64,000 nt of DNA from Syntrophaceae bacterium (GCA_013388635.1 JACAEX010000020.1:5826-69825), one strand, 5' to 3'. Positions 20,766 through 30,694 are shown, counted from the stretch's first letter. Numbers and translations: made by a program. The notes: generated from the letters alone by a model not told the origin.

Positions 20766-22145
20766 ATGATTCCCGGACGAGTTCTCATTATCGACGATGA
20801 AGAAAGCTTCAGGCATATGCTGTCTGTCATCTTACAGAAGGAAAATTATGAAGTCGAAATCGCATCGAATGGAGAGGAAGGGTTAAGAAAGCTGACCTCT
20901 TCCCATTTCGACCAGGTCCTTTGTGATATCCGGATGCCCCAGATGGACGGGATGGAATTTTTGGAGGAGGCGAAGAAGGTTGCAGCCGGAGTGACGATCA
21001 TCATGATGTCCGCTTATGGAACGATCGATACCGCGATCGAGGCGATGAAACTTGGCGCGTACGATTATGTTTCAAAACCCTTTAAGCCCGATGAGATCAT
21101 CCTGACCCTGAAAAAGGCAGAGGAGAGGGAGCGGCTGAGGAAGGAAAATGAGCTTTTGAGAAAGGAGATCCAAAAAGAGTATAGTTTTAACAACATCGTG
21201 AGCAAGAATCAGAAGATGTTAGACATCTTTGAGGTGATCAAAAAGGTCGCTCCCTACAAGTCGACCATCCTGATCACCGGAGAGAGTGGAACCGGAAAAG
21301 AGTTGATTGCGAGGGCATTGCATTATCACAGTGATCGGTCGGGCCGTCCATTCATCCCTGTCAACTGTGGCGCCATTCCCGAGAATTTGCTGGAAAGTGA
21401 GCTCTTCGGTCATGCAAAAGGAGCGTTTACAGATGCGGTCCGGATGAAGAAGGGGCTCTTTGAAGAGGCGGATGGCGGAACCCTCTTTTTAGATGAGATC
21501 GGGGAACTCCCTGCTCCGCTTCAGGTGAAACTCCTCAGGGTGCTTCAGGATGGTGAGATCCGGAGGGTAGGGGAGTCGAAGTCGATCCAGATTGACGTGA
21601 GGATCATTGCTGCCACGGTGAAGGATCTTGCGAGAGAGGTGAGGGAAAACCGCTTCAGAGAGGACCTATTCTATCGTTTGAACGTCCTGCCGATCCATCT
21701 TCCACCCCTTCGGGAGAGGAGAGAGGATATCCCCTTACTCGTCAATCATTTTGTTAATAAATATAGCCAGGCGATGAATAAACCCGTAAGGGGGATTAGT
21801 CCAAAGGCGCTTGAGGTACTGGTCAACTACAAATGGTCGGGCAATGTGAGGGAGCTCGAAAATACGATCGAAAGAGCGATCGTCCTCACAGATAAGGAGA
21901 ATATTGAGCTGGAGAACTTACCCATCGAACTCCAGAACTTCCGGGAGGAGACTCCAGCGGCGCCTTTGGCCGAAGAGGAATATTCGATCAAGAAGGCGTC
22001 AAAGGTTTTAGAGATCGGTTTGATTAAGAAGGCACTGAAAAAGACCAAGGGCAACCATACCCATGCTGCAAGATTACTCGAGATAAGTCATCGGGCGCTC
22101 CTTTACAAGATCAGGGAATACGGGATTGTAGAAAACGAGAGATGA
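20766..22145 (+). CDS. sigma54-dependent NtrC-family response regulator (PilR2-like position)
   Basis: REC domain, GESGTGKE, GAFTDA, FLDEIGE, Fis-type HTH. Confidence 0.93.
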   Translation: MIPGRVLIIDDEESFRHMLSVILQKENYEVEIASNGEEGLRKLTSSHFDQVLCDIRMPQMDGMEFLEEAKKVAAGVTIIMMSAYGTIDTAIEAMKLGAYDYVSKPFKPDEIILTLKKAEERERLRKENELLRKEIQKEYSFNNIVSKNQKMLDIFEVIKKVAPYKSTILITGESGTGKELIARALHYHSDRSGRPFIPVNCGAIPENLLESELFGHAKGAFTDAVRMKKGLFEEADGGTLFLDEIGELPAPLQVKLLRVLQDGEIRRVGESKSIQIDVRIIAATVKDLAREVRENRFREDLFYRLNVLPIHLPPLRERREDIPLLVNHFVNKYSQAMNKPVRGISPKALEVLVNYKWSGNVRELENTIERAIVLTDKENIELENLPIELQNFREETPAAPLAEEEYSIKKASKVLEIGLIKKALKKTKGNHTHAARLLEISHRALLYKIREYGIVENER

Positions 22146-22386
22146 AAATTGGAATACTGGAAGAAAACGAATGATGGGACGCCGTCTTTGATCCACGCAA
22201 TTTTTTACCTTGTTTATAAAATTTTTTCATATTTTTTGGATGGCGCACCCACAGGGTTTCACCTTATGGCCAATAAGAGTCGGTTCGGTTCAGCGATCCT
22301 ATTCTGGCTTCTAACCTGCCAAAACGATTAGACTTTTAATTACTTCGCCCCTTCCCACTCCCCATAGCTCAGATGCAAAAGGTTAT

Positions 22387-22402
22387 TGGTATGCGATTTG
22401 CA
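22387..22402 (+). promoter_or_regulatory. sigma54 promoter of minor-pilin cluster 1
   Basis: TGGTATGCGATTTGCA, GG-N10-GC, downstream of a sigma54 activator gene. Confidence 0.7.
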
Positions 22403-22439
22403 GAACCATCTGCAAAACCCTTATTCATGGAGGTCAGGC

Positions 22440-22805
22440 TTGAAACTCCTGCCTAAAAAAGATGGTTTCACATTGGTCGAGATCTTAATTGCCTTGGTCA
22501 TCTTATCGATTTCTTTATTGGCCCTGGCTGCATTAATGGCAACCACGACACAGAATACCTCTTTTGGCGGCCATCTGACCGAGGCTGCCACTTTTGCCCA
22601 GGATAGGCTCGAAGAGCTGAGGGTAACCCCATGGGCCAGTATTGCGGCAGGATCTGATGTAAGGACAAGCACGGGGACAGGGATGTCTTATAACCGTACC
22701 TGGACAGTGGCCGAGACTGGAAGCTTAAAGACGGTGACAATCACAGTCACCTGGAATGACCCGTTACCGCATTTGTTCAGCCTGACATCATCGTTTGCTC
22801 AATAA
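22440..22805 (+). CDS. pilV: type IV minor pilin PilV-like
   Basis: G/FTLVEILIAL class III signal; GGAGG RBS before TTG 22440. Confidence 0.8.
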   Translation: MKLLPKKDGFTLVEILIALVILSISLLALAALMATTTQNTSFGGHLTEAATFAQDRLEELRVTPWASIAAGSDVRTSTGTGMSYNRTWTVAETGSLKTVTITVTWNDPLPHLFSLTSSFAQ

Positions 22806-22816
22806 AAGGAGAGAGG

Positions 22817-23479
22817 ATGAAGAGACCATCGACATTTGGAGAAAAAGGCATCACCCTGATCGAATTGCTTGTGGCACTGATTATCTTCGGATTTGCGATT
22901 GGAGCGATCTACCGCCTTTTCATCGTCCAGACGAGGGCTTATACGGTTCACGAGGAGGTTGTTGACGTTCAACAGAATGTGAGAAGTGCCATGGAAGTGA
23001 TGCTGAGAGACCTTCGAATGACAGGTTATGATGATGATGCCACCACCTCAGTGGTAACGATTCCAACTCCCATTGCTACTCCTGTCCAGGCAAGCGATAT
23101 TACGGTGAGCTACGAATATCAGAATCAGAGGTACACGGTTCGTTACTGGAGAGATGCCCCAACCTTAGAACTACGCCGGCAACTCACAAGGGATGCTACA
23201 GTTGATCCAGCAGAAACCCTTCTGAATAATGTTGATACCCTAACCTTTACTTACGGCCTCGACGCCAATGGAGATGGAAACATGGACGACCAGAACGGGG
23301 ATGGCGTCATTGACAATAACGACTGGGTGACCGCAGCCGGGGTGGGGACATCAAAGGTGATTGCGGTACGGGTCACCCTGGCTGCCAGACCTGCAACGGA
23401 CAACCCAGATGTTCAAACAAGGGTCTCTCCAAGAAGTTTAACCTCTGCTGTGACTTTAAGAAATCTTGTCATGAAATGA
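22817..23479 (+). CDS. pilW: type IV minor pilin PilW-like
   Basis: G/ITLIELLVAL, QQNVR.AM..M.RDLRMTG. Confidence 0.85.
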   Translation: MKRPSTFGEKGITLIELLVALIIFGFAIGAIYRLFIVQTRAYTVHEEVVDVQQNVRSAMEVMLRDLRMTGYDDDATTSVVTIPTPIATPVQASDITVSYEYQNQRYTVRYWRDAPTLELRRQLTRDATVDPAETLLNNVDTLTFTYGLDANGDGNMDDQNGDGVIDNNDWVTAAGVGTSKVIAVRVTLAARPATDNPDVQTRVSPRSLTSAVTLRNLVMK

Positions 23480-23495
23480 GTAAGGAGAATTCTTT

Positions 23496-23978
23496 ATGAT
23501 TAAGGGAAGAAACTCAGCTCTCAGAAATCAATCCGGCGCAGCCCTGGTGATCGCCATGACGATGATGATTGTCCTGACGCTTATTGCGATTGGCTCGATC
23601 TTCACATCGACATTTGAGATCAGGATCTCAGGGAACAAGAGATGCTCAACCGACTCCTTCTATGCAGCAGACAGCGGGGTTCAGGTAGTCCTGGCGAGGA
23701 CTCAAAATTTCGATATGAATCTATATACTGCGACCGGTCAGTACGATCCTTCTACCGACGCAAACAATCCCATTCCTGCCAATACCACGGTCCTGATTAC
23801 GAACGACACCACCCAAGAGGGTGCACCCAGGGGCTATGGGTTCAGTGCGATGAGTTTTGAATTCGAACACTTTCTGGTCACATCTACCGGAGAGAGCTGT
23901 CCGAACCCCAATCCTGCCAGAACCATAGTCCAGGAAAAAGTGGTGAGACTGATTCCCACCATGCAAGGAGGTTATTAA
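23496..23978 (+). CDS. pilX: PilX-like minor pilin
   Basis: G/AALVIA (no Glu5), ISGN...FYAADSG. Confidence 0.85.
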   Translation: MIKGRNSALRNQSGAALVIAMTMMIVLTLIAIGSIFTSTFEIRISGNKRCSTDSFYAADSGVQVVLARTQNFDMNLYTATGQYDPSTDANNPIPANTTVLITNDTTQEGAPRGYGFSAMSFEFEHFLVTSTGESCPNPNPARTIVQEKVVRLIPTMQGGY

Positions 23979-23981
23979 GAG

Positions 23982-26900
23982 ATGAAAGTCTTAAGATATT
24001 TGAGCGTTATAGTGGGTTTGATACTTTTCATCTGTGGGAATTTATCCGCCTATGACACAGATCTCTACATGGCAAGCGGAGCAGGGGTTGAACCCAATAT
24101 CCTGATCATCTTTGACAACTCAGGAAGTATGGGTGAACAGATCCCCGTAGTTTATTATAACTACGAGACCGAGTATCCTCCGGCTGTAGTGCCTCTTGCT
24201 GATAAAGGCAAGGTCTACTATCAAAGCTGGTGGGGAAATTGGTCGGTCTTTAAGAATTCGATCGAAGAGGTTCCATGCCCGGATGCACAGACCGCGCTGA
24301 CCTACAATGGCCATTACGAAGGTTATACAAACTCGACTTGTAATAAGAATAGTTACAATCTACGAACGGGAAATTACAGGAACTTTCTTGCCACCGAAGG
24401 AAGCGAAACCGATACCAAATTAAACATTGCAAAGAATGTGATAAAGGATTTCTTGGATACGATCAATGGCGTAAAGGTCGGGGTGATGATCTTTAACGGG
24501 AGCGAAGGAGGACGTCTCCAGGACGAGACAAAGACCCAGATTCGAAGCCTGACTTCTACTGTGCGAAGCGAATTGAAGACCGCTATCGAAAATATTCAAG
24601 CGGACACCTACACCCCTCTCGCTGAGACGCTTTATGAGGCAGGGATCTACTTCAGGGGTGGAAGAAGCTACTTCAACTCCGGTGTCAACTATATCAGCCC
24701 GATCGAGTTTCATTGCCAGAGAAATTATGTGATCCTTATGACAGATGGGGAACCGACAAAGGACCGTAATTCAGTCCTAAAAAACGGAGCCACAGTGGAT
24801 GGCGTTACCTATCCGGCGATTGGAGATCAGGATGGTGACAAGAGAGAGCCCGGCCTGGCCAATGAGGTTTACTACGAATACGATGGCTCCGACTATTTGG
24901 ACGATGTTGCCAAGTACTTATACAATACTGATCTTCGTTCTGACCTAACAGGTCAGCAGAATATCATTACCTATACGATCGGCTTTGCGGTCAGCTCCCC
25001 CCTGCTTGAGAGGACAGCGACCCATGGCCACGGAAAGTACTATTATGCGGCGAGTGCTTCGCAGTTGGCAAATGCCTTTCAGAATGTTATAGGCGAGATA
25101 CTTGCGAAGTCTACTTCCTTTGTGGCGCCAATCGTTCCGGTCAGCCGTCTGGAGAGGACGACTGCAGGAGACAAGATATACTTAGCCTTTTTTAAGCCGA
25201 AAGCAAATCAGATGTGGAGTGGAAATATAAAGAAGTATGGTGTTGCTCAGGCTGATAACCCTTCTTTAAATATTTCCAAAGGCGATATCCTCGACGTGAG
25301 TGGCCAAAAGGCTATCGATGATACAGAAGGTTCTCCCACGAAGGGTCAATTCTACGCTACGGCAACATCGTTCTGGACAACCACCAGTCCTATGGACGGA
25401 GGTGAGGTTGAACAGGGAGGAGTGGGGGAGGTTCTGATGAATCGGACCGCCCAAAGAAATCTTTATACATATTTCTATACGAATGTGAATTTGAGTGATG
25501 ATTCGAATAAGTTCATAACGACTAATGCATCGATCACACCATCGAAATTGGGTCTCCTGGAGGACGACACTGATGGAAGGAATAAGCTGATTAACTTTGT
25601 CCATGGCTACGATGCCTATGATGATAATGGCAATGGGAATACCTCAGAGAAGCGGGACTGGATCCTGGGCTCTTTCCTCCATTCAAGACCTATGATTATC
25701 CATTACCCGAACCCGAGCAACCCGAGTTTGACCCGCTCCGTAATCTTTGCGGGTTCAAATGGTGGCATGCTCCATGCCTTTGACGACTCAGATGGAAGGG
25801 AGCTCTGGGGTTTCATCCCTCCGATCCTGTTAGACAAACTTAAGGCATTACATGCTGATGTTATGGCAACATATGTGGATGGCTCACCAAGGGCTTATAT
25901 CACCTACAATACTGATGGTTCTGTTAATCAGGCGATTCTGATATTCGGTCTGAGAAGAGGCGGCAACCGATACTATGCCCTCGACGTGACCTATCCTGAG
26001 AGTCCTAAATTTCTCTGGGAGATCGGGCCCACGGAAACATGGTATCAGACTACAAAGACGATAACATCGGCTTATAATAGGATGGGGCAGACATGGGCAT
26101 CTCCGATCATCGGCAAGATCCCGTGTGAAGAGGGGAGCACCAATTGTGTGAATGTTTCCGCTTCGACCGGTGTCGGAGAGCGATGGGTGGCCTTTATTGG
26201 GGGCGGATATGATACAAACCAGGATACTGATCCGGTCGTAGCCTCTGATACGGTGGGCATGGCGGTCTATGTGGTTGATGTGTTGACAGGTTCTCTGGTG
26301 AAGCGGTTCTCGATTGATGATTCAGGATATTCAGATATGACCTATGCGATTCCCAGCGATATTGCAAAGGTCGACACCGATGGAAATGGAAAGGTCGATC
26401 GTCTATATGTGGGGGATATGGGCGGAAGGATCTGGCGGTTCGATATTTGCGATCCGGATTACCCGGATCATTCGAGTCCAAGTTGGTGCGCTGCGAACCC
26501 AGATGCCTGGACAGGGAAGATCATATTTGAATCGAACCCGGATCCGCGCGGGCCCAACGACCGGAGAAAGATGTTCTATCCTCCTGATGTTACGTTCGAA
26601 AGGGATTCTACCGGACCATATGAGATGCTCTTCTTCGGCACTGGAGACCGTGAGGCTCCAAAGGAGGACGATGTCGCCAACCGTCTCTATGCTATTAAAG
26701 ACAGACACCCTGCATCACCCCTGAAAGAGAGTGATTTGGTTAATGTGACTGACGGTTTGACCCCAGGAACGCCGGTTCCAAACGGATGGTTTATCATTCT
26801 CGAAAATTCGGGAGAAAAATGTCTCGCTGCACCTGTTGTCTTCTATAAAGTAGCCTATTATACAACCTTCACTCCTTCGGGCGAGGCAGTGGAGGGAGAC

Positions 26901-27170
26901 CCCTGCTATGTTGGTGAGGGAAAAGGGAGGCTCTATGCGCTGAAGTACAGTACTGGTGATGCTGTTTTTAACTTTGATGGTTCGCTTGATAATGTCATCT
27001 CAAAGAGTGACAGGTCTATCGAGATGGGTTCGGGCATCCCATCCGGGGTGATCGTAACCTTTGTCGGTGGCACGGCGGTTGCGTATGCAGGTGTGGGCGG
27101 AGGTGTCTGTTCTCCTGAGCTGGCAAGTTCAAAATCCCTGGTTCCAATGACCTGGCGAATCATTTTTTAA
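23982..27170 (+). CDS. pilY1: PilY1/PilC tip adhesin with vWA domain (copy 1)
   Basis: Signal peptide, MIDAS DNSGSM, TPLAETL, MTDG; beta-propeller motifs GMLHAF, YVDGSP, DTDGNGKVD, FGTGD. Confidence 0.9.
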   Translation: MKVLRYLSVIVGLILFICGNLSAYDTDLYMASGAGVEPNILIIFDNSGSMGEQIPVVYYNYETEYPPAVVPLADKGKVYYQSWWGNWSVFKNSIEEVPCPDAQTALTYNGHYEGYTNSTCNKNSYNLRTGNYRNFLATEGSETDTKLNIAKNVIKDFLDTINGVKVGVMIFNGSEGGRLQDETKTQIRSLTSTVRSELKTAIENIQADTYTPLAETLYEAGIYFRGGRSYFNSGVNYISPIEFHCQRNYVILMTDGEPTKDRNSVLKNGATVDGVTYPAIGDQDGDKREPGLANEVYYEYDGSDYLDDVAKYLYNTDLRSDLTGQQNIITYTIGFAVSSPLLERTATHGHGKYYYAASASQLANAFQNVIGEILAKSTSFVAPIVPVSRLERTTAGDKIYLAFFKPKANQMWSGNIKKYGVAQADNPSLNISKGDILDVSGQKAIDDTEGSPTKGQFYATATSFWTTTSPMDGGEVEQGGVGEVLMNRTAQRNLYTYFYTNVNLSDDSNKFITTNASITPSKLGLLEDDTDGRNKLINFVHGYDAYDDNGNGNTSEKRDWILGSFLHSRPMIIHYPNPSNPSLTRSVIFAGSNGGMLHAFDDSDGRELWGFIPPILLDKLKALHADVMATYVDGSPRAYITYNTDGSVNQAILIFGLRRGGNRYYALDVTYPESPKFLWEIGPTETWYQTTKTITSAYNRMGQTWASPIIGKIPCEEGSTNCVNVSASTGVGERWVAFIGGGYDTNQDTDPVVASDTVGMAVYVVDVLTGSLVKRFSIDDSGYSDMTYAIPSDIAKVDTDGNGKVDRLYVGDMGGRIWRFDICDPDYPDHSSPSWCAANPDAWTGKIIFESNPDPRGPNDRRKMFYPPDVTFERDSTGPYEMLFFGTGDREAPKEDDVANRLYAIKDRHPASPLKESDLVNVTDGLTPGTPVPNGWFIILENSGEKCLAAPVVFYKVAYYTTFTPSGEAVEGDPCYVGEGKGRLYALKYSTGDAVFNFDGSLDNVISKSDRSIEMGSGIPSGVIVTFVGGTAVAYAGVGGGVCSPELASSKSLVPMTWRIIF

Positions 27171-27172
27171 GT

Positions 27173-27380
27173 CGTAATGTCAAAAAAGTTATGAAAAACT
27201 CTGTTAAAAGACAAAGAAAAACAAGCATGTCCCTCCCCCTTGAGGGGGGAGGAGAGGGTGGGGGTGAAAGAATGAGGGAGCATGACAAAGCAATTAATAA
27301 AAGTCAGCTGATATCGCAGGTTACCCCTCACCCTAGCCCTCTCCCACAAGGGGAGAGGGGGAATAAATTTTGACAATACG
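27173..27380. mobile_element. 208-bp MITE-like element with terminal inverted repeats and 8-bp target-site duplication
   Basis: TIRs CGTAATGTCAAAA / TTTTGACAATACG (12 of 13 match); TTTTAAGT at 27165-27172 and 27381-27388; internal GC-rich hairpins. Confidence 0.75.
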
Positions 27381-27404
27381 TTTTAAGTAAGAAGGAGGGA
27401 AGTC

Positions 27405-27773
27405 ATGAGAAAATTTCTCTTTTTGAATATGGTGTTTCCCACGGTTCTTTTGCTGACGGTCTTCTGTCCTTTGGTTTTGGCTGAAGAGGTGAGTGTAGTC
27501 AGGCTCCAGGGTGCTATAATGGAACTCGATTTGAAGAAAAACATCCTCATAGTCAATGAGAGGGTTTTTGTATGCGATCAGAAGACGACATTTCACAACG
27601 AGAAAGGTGTCCCTGTCGGCATTGAAAAACTGAGAGTCAAATCCTGGGTATATATTGAAGGTGAACGCGATGAAGCTCGGAAGAGATTGGTGGCAAAGAA
27701 GATCTATTTGCTCCCCAGGTATATCGGTCGAAAGGAGAGGCGTCTCTATCCATTCATCCCACGAGAAGATTAG
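27405..27773 (+). CDS. small exported DUF5666-like (OB-fold) protein
   Basis: Signal peptide, GAIMELD..LIVNE..LRVKSWVYIEG..LVAKKI. Confidence 0.65.
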   Translation: MRKFLFLNMVFPTVLLLTVFCPLVLAEEVSVVRLQGAIMELDLKKNILIVNERVFVCDQKTTFHNEKGVPVGIEKLRVKSWVYIEGERDEARKRLVAKKIYLLPRYIGRKERRLYPFIPRED

Positions 27774-27804
27774 ATGGTGCGGTATAAGCCGGGCTCTCAA
27801 AGGG

Positions 27805-28722
27805 GTGATCTTCTGCACTATTCTTGCATCCTCTTTTTTAACTCTCTCCTGTGAGAATCAGAGGGAGGTACCTCAAGTCAAAGAGAAGACCCGAAGCAAT
27901 GTCCCTCCGGTCATCACGTCTGTCGACATTATGCCAAAAAACCCCAGCCGAGAGAGTAACTTGGATCTCATCGTACGAAGTGAGGATCCTGATGGCGACA
28001 TGGTGACCTATCGTTACCAGTGGATTAGAAATGGTGAAGAGATTTCTGGTGAGAATAAGAATCTTTTAAAGAGCGGAAATTTCAATAAAGGAGATGTCAT
28101 CCAGGTGAGGGTGGTCCCTTCAGATGATAAGGCAGAGGGAAGGGCCTTTCTATCCCCTCCGGTAAAGATTCTCAATTCTCCACCGGTTGTCCAGGAGGTC
28201 CGGATTGAGCCGAGGATTGCCTACGCACAGGATCGTCTAAGGGCCGTTGTGAAAGGTCATGATGTGGATGAAGACCCCATTCACTACACCTATCAATGGG
28301 AAAAGAATGGAGTGGTTCTGGCTGAAGAGAGGACAGAGGCGCTTGAGAAGGGCCGATTTAAGAGGGGAGACTCCATTGTCGTCACAGTGACACCCGAGGA
28401 TGGAGAAGGTAGAGGTAATCCGAAAAAGTCAGAAGCCATCACCATATTGAACAGTCCACCGGTCATCCTTTCATCCCCTCCGACCTCGGTCGAGGGGAAC
28501 GAGTATCTCTACCAGGTGAAGGCAGAGGACCCGGATGGAGATCCCACCTCTTTCAGTCTGAGGTCTGGTCCGAAAGGGATGGAGATCGACAAGGAGAAGG
28601 GGCTGGTTCGATGGACGATTCAGTGGAGAGACCGGGGCACTCATCCAGTAGAGATTGAGGTCTCTGATAAGGACGGGGCGAAGTGCTTCCAGCGATATGT
28701 CCTGAATGTTGAAATCCGATGA
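27805..28722 (+). CDS. lipoprotein with three Ig/cadherin-like repeats
   Basis: Lipobox LTLSC; three N.PPV...D.D[G/E]D repeats; start uncertain (GTG 27805 used, frame open from 27655). Confidence 0.7.
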   Translation: MIFCTILASSFLTLSCENQREVPQVKEKTRSNVPPVITSVDIMPKNPSRESNLDLIVRSEDPDGDMVTYRYQWIRNGEEISGENKNLLKSGNFNKGDVIQVRVVPSDDKAEGRAFLSPPVKILNSPPVVQEVRIEPRIAYAQDRLRAVVKGHDVDEDPIHYTYQWEKNGVVLAEERTEALEKGRFKRGDSIVVTVTPEDGEGRGNPKKSEAITILNSPPVILSSPPTSVEGNEYLYQVKAEDPDGDPTSFSLRSGPKGMEIDKEKGLVRWTIQWRDRGTHPVEIEVSDKDGAKCFQRYVLNVEIR

Positions 28723-28775
28723 ATAAGGTTTAGTGTCTGTCATCTTAAGTCCGGTGTCGGAATTGAATTTCCATA

Positions 28776-28803
28776 TTGACAAAGATTTTTTAGCCGATAA
28801 AAT
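28776..28803 (+). promoter_or_regulatory. sigma70-like promoter of minor-pilin cluster 2
   Basis: TTGACA-N16-TAAAAT upstream of fimT. Confidence 0.5.
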
Positions 28804-28857
28804 AGATTTAACCTCTTTAAGGTCGGTGCGGCCAGTATCCGTTTTTAGCGGACGGAG

Positions 28858-29313
28858 GTGAGATTCGTGAACAAAAAGGGAGTAACATTAATCGAGATGA
28901 TTGTGGTCATGGTGATCATTGGTCTGGGTGCGCTCCTGTTCGTTCCGAATATTTCCGGGTTCTTGCCCAGTTACCGCCTGAGAGGTGCGGCCCGGGACAT
29001 TGTCTCCACCATGAAAAATGCCCAGGTCAGAGCGGTTTCGACAGGTATGACTTACCGGGTCAGGTTTACACAAACCCCTCCAAGCTTCGTCCTTGAATAT
29101 TTTGACACGGGAAGTGGAAACTGGGTGGCTGAGGGGACAAGCCAGAGTCTTCCAACAGGGATTTCAATCGTTTCGATCAATTTTACAGGGGATAATGCAC
29201 AGTTTAACTCCAATATGACTGCTTCTGCTGGAAGTATTAGGTTGCAGAATAATCGTGGGACGCAGAAAGTAGTGAGTGTTGCTTCCTCGACCGGCAGGAT
29301 TCAGCTCCAGTAG
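28858..29313 (+). CDS. fimT: FimT/FimU (GspH-like) minor pilin
   Basis: G/VTLIEMIVV, YRLRGAARDI, C-terminal TGRI; start could be GTG 28867. Confidence 0.85.
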   Translation: MRFVNKKGVTLIEMIVVMVIIGLGALLFVPNISGFLPSYRLRGAARDIVSTMKNAQVRAVSTGMTYRVRFTQTPPSFVLEYFDTGSGNWVAEGTSQSLPTGISIVSINFTGDNAQFNSNMTASAGSIRLQNNRGTQKVVSVASSTGRIQLQ

Positions 29314-29682
29314 ATGATTCAGAGAAAGACAGGCTTTTCTTTGGTTGAGGTCCTGATTGGACTGATCTTCCTTGCCATCGGTCTTCTTGCCCTCGCTGGT
29401 TTGCAGATCACCTCCATCCGCGGTAATTCCTTCAGCCATCATTTGATGCAGGCCACCTACCAGGTTCAGGATCGCGTCGAAAGATTAAAAAATCTACCGC
29501 TTACCTCTCCTGAACTCCAGCCTGGAAGTCACAACCTCGAGCCCTTCACCCTTTCGGGTCTTGTCTTCAAACAGTCCTATACCGTCATTGAAGAAGCTGA
29601 TCTTAAGACGATCCATTACACGGTCGAATGGGACGACGGTGTTGGCCACAGGATCACCTTTTCGACGATCCGGTCGCAGTGA
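29314..29682 (+). CDS. pilV: PilV-like minor pilin (copy 2)
   Basis: G/FSLVEVLIGL..IGLLALAGLQ. Confidence 0.82.
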   Translation: MIQRKTGFSLVEVLIGLIFLAIGLLALAGLQITSIRGNSFSHHLMQATYQVQDRVERLKNLPLTSPELQPGSHNLEPFTLSGLVFKQSYTVIEEADLKTIHYTVEWDDGVGHRITFSTIRSQ

Positions 29683-30506
29683 AAAGTATGCAGATTATTA
29701 AGAAGAAAAACAGAGGGGTCACCCTGATTGAACTGATGATTGCCCTGGTGATGAGCAGCGTCCTCATCGCCGCTCTCTATGAAGTATTCATTCGTCACCA
29801 AAAGACCTATGTCCTTCAGGAACAGATCGTCGACACACAGCAGAGTGTGCGGATCGCCTTGAATCGCATGGTCAGTGAGATCAGAATGGCAGGGTTTGGG
29901 GGAGTGGAAAACGTCCTGAGTTTGGCCGGAGGGGTAAATGGCTTCACCCAGGTGATCACCCCGGGCCCGAAGAGAATCACAATCGTCGGAGGATTCAAGC
30001 AGATCCGGCGAGATAATGGAGAGCCGATTCTGGTCTCTTCGGTTTCAGGAAATCAGATTACGCTCAATTATGCCACAAACGAGTTTGATAGATTGGCACA
30101 CCGATTTATTTCGATCGGTGGCCTTGAAAGCAGTACAGTGCTGAAAAGGGATAGAAGGATTCTTACACTCAGCAACCCTCTCAAGTGGAATCACCCTGCT
30201 GGGACACCAGTATTTAAGATCCAGGCCATCACCTACACCACGGGCCTCAGCGGTCTTAGGATCATCCTTCAAAGGGATGAGAATACGGGAGGTGGCCCTC
30301 AGCCTGTGGCCGAGAATATAGAAGAGATTCAATTCGAATATTTCGATGCCAATGGAAACACGACCGCAGATCCTCCGAAGATTCGGATGGTTCGGGTGAC
30401 AGCTACTGCAAGAACCGATCGGCCTGATCCTTATCTCAAGATCGGGGATGGCTATCGGAGAAGGCAGATCGCGTCTCATATCTACATCAGAAATATGGGA
30501 TTATAG
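29679..30506 (+). CDS. pilW: PilW-like minor pilin (copy 2)
   Basis: G/VTLIELMIAL, QQSVR..EIRMAG, PVAENIE; GTGA overlap with the pilV stop. Confidence 0.85.
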   Translation: MKSMQIIKKKNRGVTLIELMIALVMSSVLIAALYEVFIRHQKTYVLQEQIVDTQQSVRIALNRMVSEIRMAGFGGVENVLSLAGGVNGFTQVITPGPKRITIVGGFKQIRRDNGEPILVSSVSGNQITLNYATNEFDRLAHRFISIGGLESSTVLKRDRRILTLSNPLKWNHPAGTPVFKIQAITYTTGLSGLRIILQRDENTGGGPQPVAENIEEIQFEYFDANGNTTADPPKIRMVRVTATARTDRPDPYLKIGDGYRRRQIASHIYIRNMGL

Positions 30507-30511
30507 GTCAT

Positions 30512-30658
30512 GGTTACGAGACCCGTTTCATAACTTCTGATGTGGAGCATCGGAGATGAGGTGATGAGGAGAGGAATCTATTTCTCCCTATCCCCTCACC
30601 CCCTTATCTCCTTATTGATTATTGATTTTTTGCCGATACGGGCATCGTTACCCTGACC
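30512..30658. repeat. palindromic repeat unit with a second repeat family nested inside (30544-30610)
   Basis: Arms ggttacgagacccgtttc / cgatacgggcatcgttacc; inner segment matches the reverse complement of 53174-53240. Confidence 0.65.
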
Positions 30659-30694
30659 GGACGACGAGACCCTTATTTTCTGAGCAATTGAAAG

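Noticed and set aside
18950..22145. Canonical pilS/pilR with downstream pilA
   Set aside because: The kinase is 2-TM/HAMP rather than PilS-like and no major pilin, pilB, pilT or pilC is in the window; symbols withheld
22149..22331. 60-aa ORF between the regulator and pilV
   Set aside because: TTG start inside a repeat remnant, no recognisable features; region is more likely enhancer DNA
27167..27376. Short ORFs 27191-27373 (+) and 27167-27376 (-)
   Set aside because: They are translations of the MITE hairpins
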